Shown here: positions 59,501-64,000 of the stretch, one piece after another
How positions within the stretch are numbered: position 1 is the first letter of the stretch
Layout: each line of letters starts with the position of its first letter
Assembly (NCBI GenBank): GCA_964016885.1
Contig: OZ024742.1
Span: 212,598,001 to 212,662,000 of the forward strand
Reading direction: 5' to 3'
Source of the DNA: Eledone cirrhosa
Taxonomy: Eukaryota
DNA length: 64,000 nucleotides
Notes under the pieces: generated by a model
Seen by the model: the letters and a program-made list of their open reading frames with translations, nothing else
Database searches by the model: none
What the model was told of the DNA's origin: nothing
Translations under genes and position numbers: made by a program

Positions 59501-60700
59501 AATCTATATTATGGTCTATGTTTGTAGTGCCATAACTATGGCAAAAGATTGAAGACATAATCTATATTATGGTCTATGTATGTATTGCTATAACTATGGA
59601 ACAAGATTGAAGACATAATCTATATTATGGTCTATGTATGTAGTGCTATAACTATGGAACAAGATTGAAGACATAATCTATATTATGTTCTATGTATGTA
59701 GTGCTATAACTATGGAACAAGATTGAAGACATAATCTATATATGGTCTATGTATGTAGTGCTATAACGATGGAACAAGATTGAAGACATAATCTATATTA
59801 TGTTCTATGTATGTAGTGCTATAACTATGGAACAAGATTGAAGACATAATCTATATTATGTTCTATGTATGTAGTGCTAGAACTACGGAACAAGATTGAA
59901 GACATAATCTATATATGGTCTATGTATGTAGTGCTATAACTATGGAACAAGATTGAAGACATAATCTATATTATGTTCTATGTATGTAGTGCCATAACTA
60001 TGGAACAAGATTGAAGACATAATCTATATTATGTTCTATGTATGTAGTGCTATAACTATGGAACATGATCGAAGACATAATCTATATTATGTTCTATGTA
60101 TGTAGTGCTATAACTATGGAACAAGATTGAAGACATAATCTATATTATGTTCTATGTATGTAGTGCTATAACTATGGAATAAGATTGAAGACATAATCTA
60201 TATTATGGTCTATGTATGTAGTGCTATAACTATGGAACAAGATTGAAGACATAATCTATATTATGGTCTATGTATGTAGTGCTATAACTATGGAACAAGA
60301 TTGAAGACATAATCTATATTATGGTCTATGTATGTAGTGCTATAACTATGGAACAAGATTGAAGACATAATCTATATTATGTTCTATGTATGTAGTGCTA
60401 TAACTATGGAACAAGATTGAAGACATAATCTATATATGGTCTATATATGTAGTGCTATAACGATGGAACAAGATTGAAGACATAATCTATATTATGTTCT
60501 ATGTATGTAGTGCTATAACTATGGAACAAGATTGAAGACATAATCTATATTATGTTCTATGAATGTAGTGCTATAACTACGGAACAAGATTGAAGACATA
60601 ATCTATATATGGTCTATGTATGTAGTGCTATAACTATGGAACAAGATTGAAGACATAATCTATATTATGTTCTATGTATGTAGTGCTATAACTATGGAAC
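47560..60700. repeat. Macro-repeat copy 3 (13,121-bp tandem duplicate of about 34.43-47.56 kb)
   Basis: Marker pairs 37093/50214, 44205/57326, 45676/58797, 46943/60064 and 47440/60561 all differ by 13,121 bp. Confidence 0.92.
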
Positions 60701-61149
60701 AAGATTGAAGACATAATCTATATTATGTTCTATGTATGTAGTGCTATAACTATGGAACAAATCGAAGACATAATCTATATTATGTTCTATGTATGTAGTG
60801 CTATAACTATGGAACAAGATTGAAGACATAATCTATATTATGTTCTATGTATGTAGTGCTATAACTATGGAACAAGATTGAAGACATAATCTATATTATG
60901 GTCTATGTATGTAGTGCTATAACTATGGAACAAGATTGAAGACATAATCTATATTATGGTCTATGTATGTAGTGCTATAACTATGGCACAAGATTGAAGA
61001 CATAATCTATATTATGGTTTATGTATGTAGTGCTATAACTATGGAACAAGATTGAAGACATAATCTATATTATGTTCTATGTATGTAGTGCTATAACTAT
61101 GGAACATGATTGAAGACATAATCTATATTATGTTCTATGTATGTAGTGC

Positions 61150-64000
61150 TATAGCTATGGAACAAGATTGAAGACATAATCTATATATGGTCTATGTATG
61201 TAGTGCTACAACTATGGAACAAGATTGAAGACATAATCTATATTATGTTCTATGTATGTAGTGCTATAACTATGGAACAAGATCGAAGACATAATCTATA
61301 TTATGATCTACGTATGTAGTGCTATAACTATAGAACAAGATTGAAGACATCATCTATATTATGGTCTATGTATGTAGTGCTATAACTATGGCATAAGATT
61401 GAAGACATAATCTATATTATGTTCAATGTATGTAGTGCTATAACTATGGAACAAGATTGAAGACATAATCTATATTATGGTCTATGTATGTAGTGCTATA
61501 ACTATGGCACAAGATTGAAGACATAATCTATATTATGGTCTATGTATGTAGTGCTATAACTATGGAACAAGATTGAAGACAAAATCTATATTATGGTCTA
61601 TGTATGTAGTGCTATAACTATGGAACAAGATTGAAGACATAATCTATATTATGGTCTATGTATGTAGTGCTATAACTATGGCAAAAGATTGAAGACATAA
61701 TCTATATTATGGTCTATGTATGTAGTGCTATAACTATGGAACAAGATTGAAGACATAATCTATATTATGCTCTATGTATGTAGTGCTATAACTATGGAAC
61801 AAGATTGAAGACATAATCTATATTATGTTCTATGTATGTAGTGCTATAACTATGGAACAAGATTGAAGACAATCTATATATGGTCTATGTATGTAGTGCT
61901 ATAACTATGGAACAAGATTGAAGACATAATCTATATTATGTTCTATGTATGTAGTGCTATAACTATGAAACAAGATTGAAGACAATCTATATTATGTTCT
62001 ATGTATGTAGTGCTATAACTATGGAACAAGATTGAAGACATAATCTATATTATGGTCTATGTATGTAGTGCTATAACTATGGAACAAGATTGAAGACATA
62101 ATCAATATTATGGTCTATGTATGTATGTAGTGCTATAACTATGGCACAAGATTGAAGACATAATCTATATTATGGTTTATGTATGTCGTGCTATAACTAT
62201 GGAACAAGATTGAAGACATAATCTAAATATGGTCTATGTATGTAGTGCTATAACTATGGAACAAGATTGAAGACATAATCTATATTATGTTCTATGTATG
62301 TAGTGCTATAACTATGGAACAAGATCAAAGACATAATCTATATTATGTTCTATGTATGTAGTGCTATAACTATAGAAAAAGATTGAAGACAATCTATATT
62401 ATGGTCTATGTATGTAGTGCTATAAGTATGGCACAAGATTGAAGACAATCTATATTATGTTCTATGTATGTAGTGCTATAACTATGGAACAAGATTGAAG
62501 ACATAATCTATATTATGGTCTATGTATGTAGTGCTATTACTATGGAACAAGATTGAAGACATAATCTATATTATGTTCTATGTATGTAGTGCTATAACTA
62601 TGGAACAAGATTGAAGACATAATCTATATTATGTTCTATGTATGTAGTGCTATAACTATGGAACAAGATTGAAGACATAATCTATATATGGTCTATGTAT
62701 GTAGTGCTATAACTATGGAACAAGATTGAAGACATAATCTATATTATGTTCTATGTATGTAGTGCTATAACTATGAAACAAGATTGAAGACATAATCTAT
62801 ATTATGGTCTATGTATGTAGTGCTATAACTATGGAACAAGATTGAAGACATAATCTATATTATGGTCTATGTATGTAGTGCTATAACTATGGCAAAAGAT
62901 TGAAGACATAATCGATATTATGGTCTATGTATGTAGTGCTATAACTATGGAACAAGATTGAAGACATAATTTATATATGGTCTATGTATGTAGTGCTATA
63001 ACTATGGAACAAGATTGAAGACATAATCTATATTATGTTCTATGTATGTAGTGCTATAACTATGGAACAAGATTGAAGACATAATCTATATTATGTTCTA
63101 TGTATGTAGTGCTATAACTATGGAACAAGATTGAAGACATAATCTATATTATGTTCTATGTATGTAGTGCTATAACTATGGAACAAGATTGAAGACATAA
63201 TCTATATTATGGTCTATGTATGTAGTGCTATAACTATGGAACAAGATTGAAGACATAATCAATATTATGGTCTATGTATGTAGTGCTATAACTATGGCAC
63301 AAGATTGAAGACATAATCTATATTATGGTTTATGTTTGTCGTGCTATAACTATGGAACAAGATTGAAGACATAATCTATATTATGTTCTATGTATGTAGT
63401 GCTATAACTATGGAACAAGATTGAAGACATAATCTATATATGGTCTATGTATGTAGTGCTATAACTATGGAACAAGATTGAAGACATAATCTATATTATG
63501 TTCTATGTATGTAGTGCTATAACTATGGAACAAGATTGAAGACATAATCTATATTATGTTCTATGTATGTAGTGGTATAACTATGAAACAAGATCAAAGA
63601 CATAATCTATATTATGTTCTATGTATGTAGTGCTATAACTATGGAACAAGATTGAAGACATAATCTATATTATGGTCTATGTATGTAGTGCTATAACTAT
63701 GGAACAAGATTGAAGACATAATCTATATTATGGTCCATGTATGTAGTGCTATAACTATGGCACAAGATTGAAGACATAATCTATATTATGGTTTATGTAT
63801 GTAGTGCTATAACTATGGAACAAGATTGAAGACATAATCTATATTATGTTCTATGTATGTAGTGCTATAGCTATGGAACAAGATTGAAGACATAATCTAT
63901 ATATGGTCTATGTATGTAGTGCTACAACTATGGAACAAGATTGAAGACATAATCTATATTATGTTCTATGTATGTAGTGCTATAACTATGGAACAAGATC
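61150..64000. repeat. Further copy of the 47-monomer unit, running out of the window
   Basis: The C of AAGATC at 61284 recurs at 64000, a spacing of 2,716 bp (2,718 minus a private 2-bp deletion near 62390). Variant order matches 53.1-55.97 kb. Confidence 0.85.

Larger units (their letters stand above)
1..64000. repeat. Satellite DNA array, 58-bp monomer, about 1,100 head-to-tail copies, extending past both window edges
   Basis: TGAAGACATA recurs at 1, 59, 117 and onward (period 58) to the end of the window. Most monomers differ from consensus at 0-3 positions. All are in the same orientation and I saw no non-satellite sequence. The consensus has 17 G+C in 58 bp. Confidence 0.99.

Noticed and set aside
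1-64000. Repetitive protein-coding ORF
   Set aside because: 58 is not a multiple of 3, and each monomer has several stop triplets on both strands (TGA, TAA, TAG on +; TAG, TAA on -). Every frame therefore closes within at most three monomers.
1-64000. CENP-B box or telomeric repeat
   Set aside because: No TTCG....A..CGGG motif, and no TTAGGG/TTAGG/TTTAGGG-type G-rich repeats were seen.
1-64000. Transposon insertion or inverted segment in the array
   Set aside because: I saw no foreign sequence or reverse-complement monomers on reading through. A very short insertion could have been missed by eye.
1-64000. Synthetic concatemer or rolling-circle artefact (each monomer has a BbsI site, GAAGAC)
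   Set aside because: Variants are inherited in nested, tree-like blocks over kb distances. That fits natural array evolution and not random polymerase or sequencing error on one template.
1-64000. The G/T allele series as an information-bearing code
   Set aside because: The pattern is accounted for by duplication history, and nothing in the sequence supports a read-out mechanism.

Overview
The whole 64 kb window is one uninterrupted, head-to-tail array of a 58-bp AT-rich monomer (about 29% GC, roughly 1,100 copies). The consensus is TGAAGACATAATCTATATTATG[G/T]TCTATGTATGTAGTGCTATAACTATGGAACAAGAT. I see no genes, RNA genes, transposon insertions, unique spacers or inversions. It looks like eukaryotic satellite DNA of centromeric or pericentromeric type, but I do not recognise the family or organism. 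Rare variants used as markers show nested higher-order structure: traces of an old ~8-mer, three variant-defined blocks with local periods of about 12-50 monomers (including a 47-mer of 2,718 bp), and a three-copy macro-repeat with offsets of about 12.2 kb and 13,121 bp over ~21.7-60.7 kb. The monomer is also an imperfect palindrome with two mutually exclusive hairpins. All offsets were counted by eye from marker positions, and block boundaries are accurate only to about one or two monomers. I found no evidence for a novel protein-coding system.
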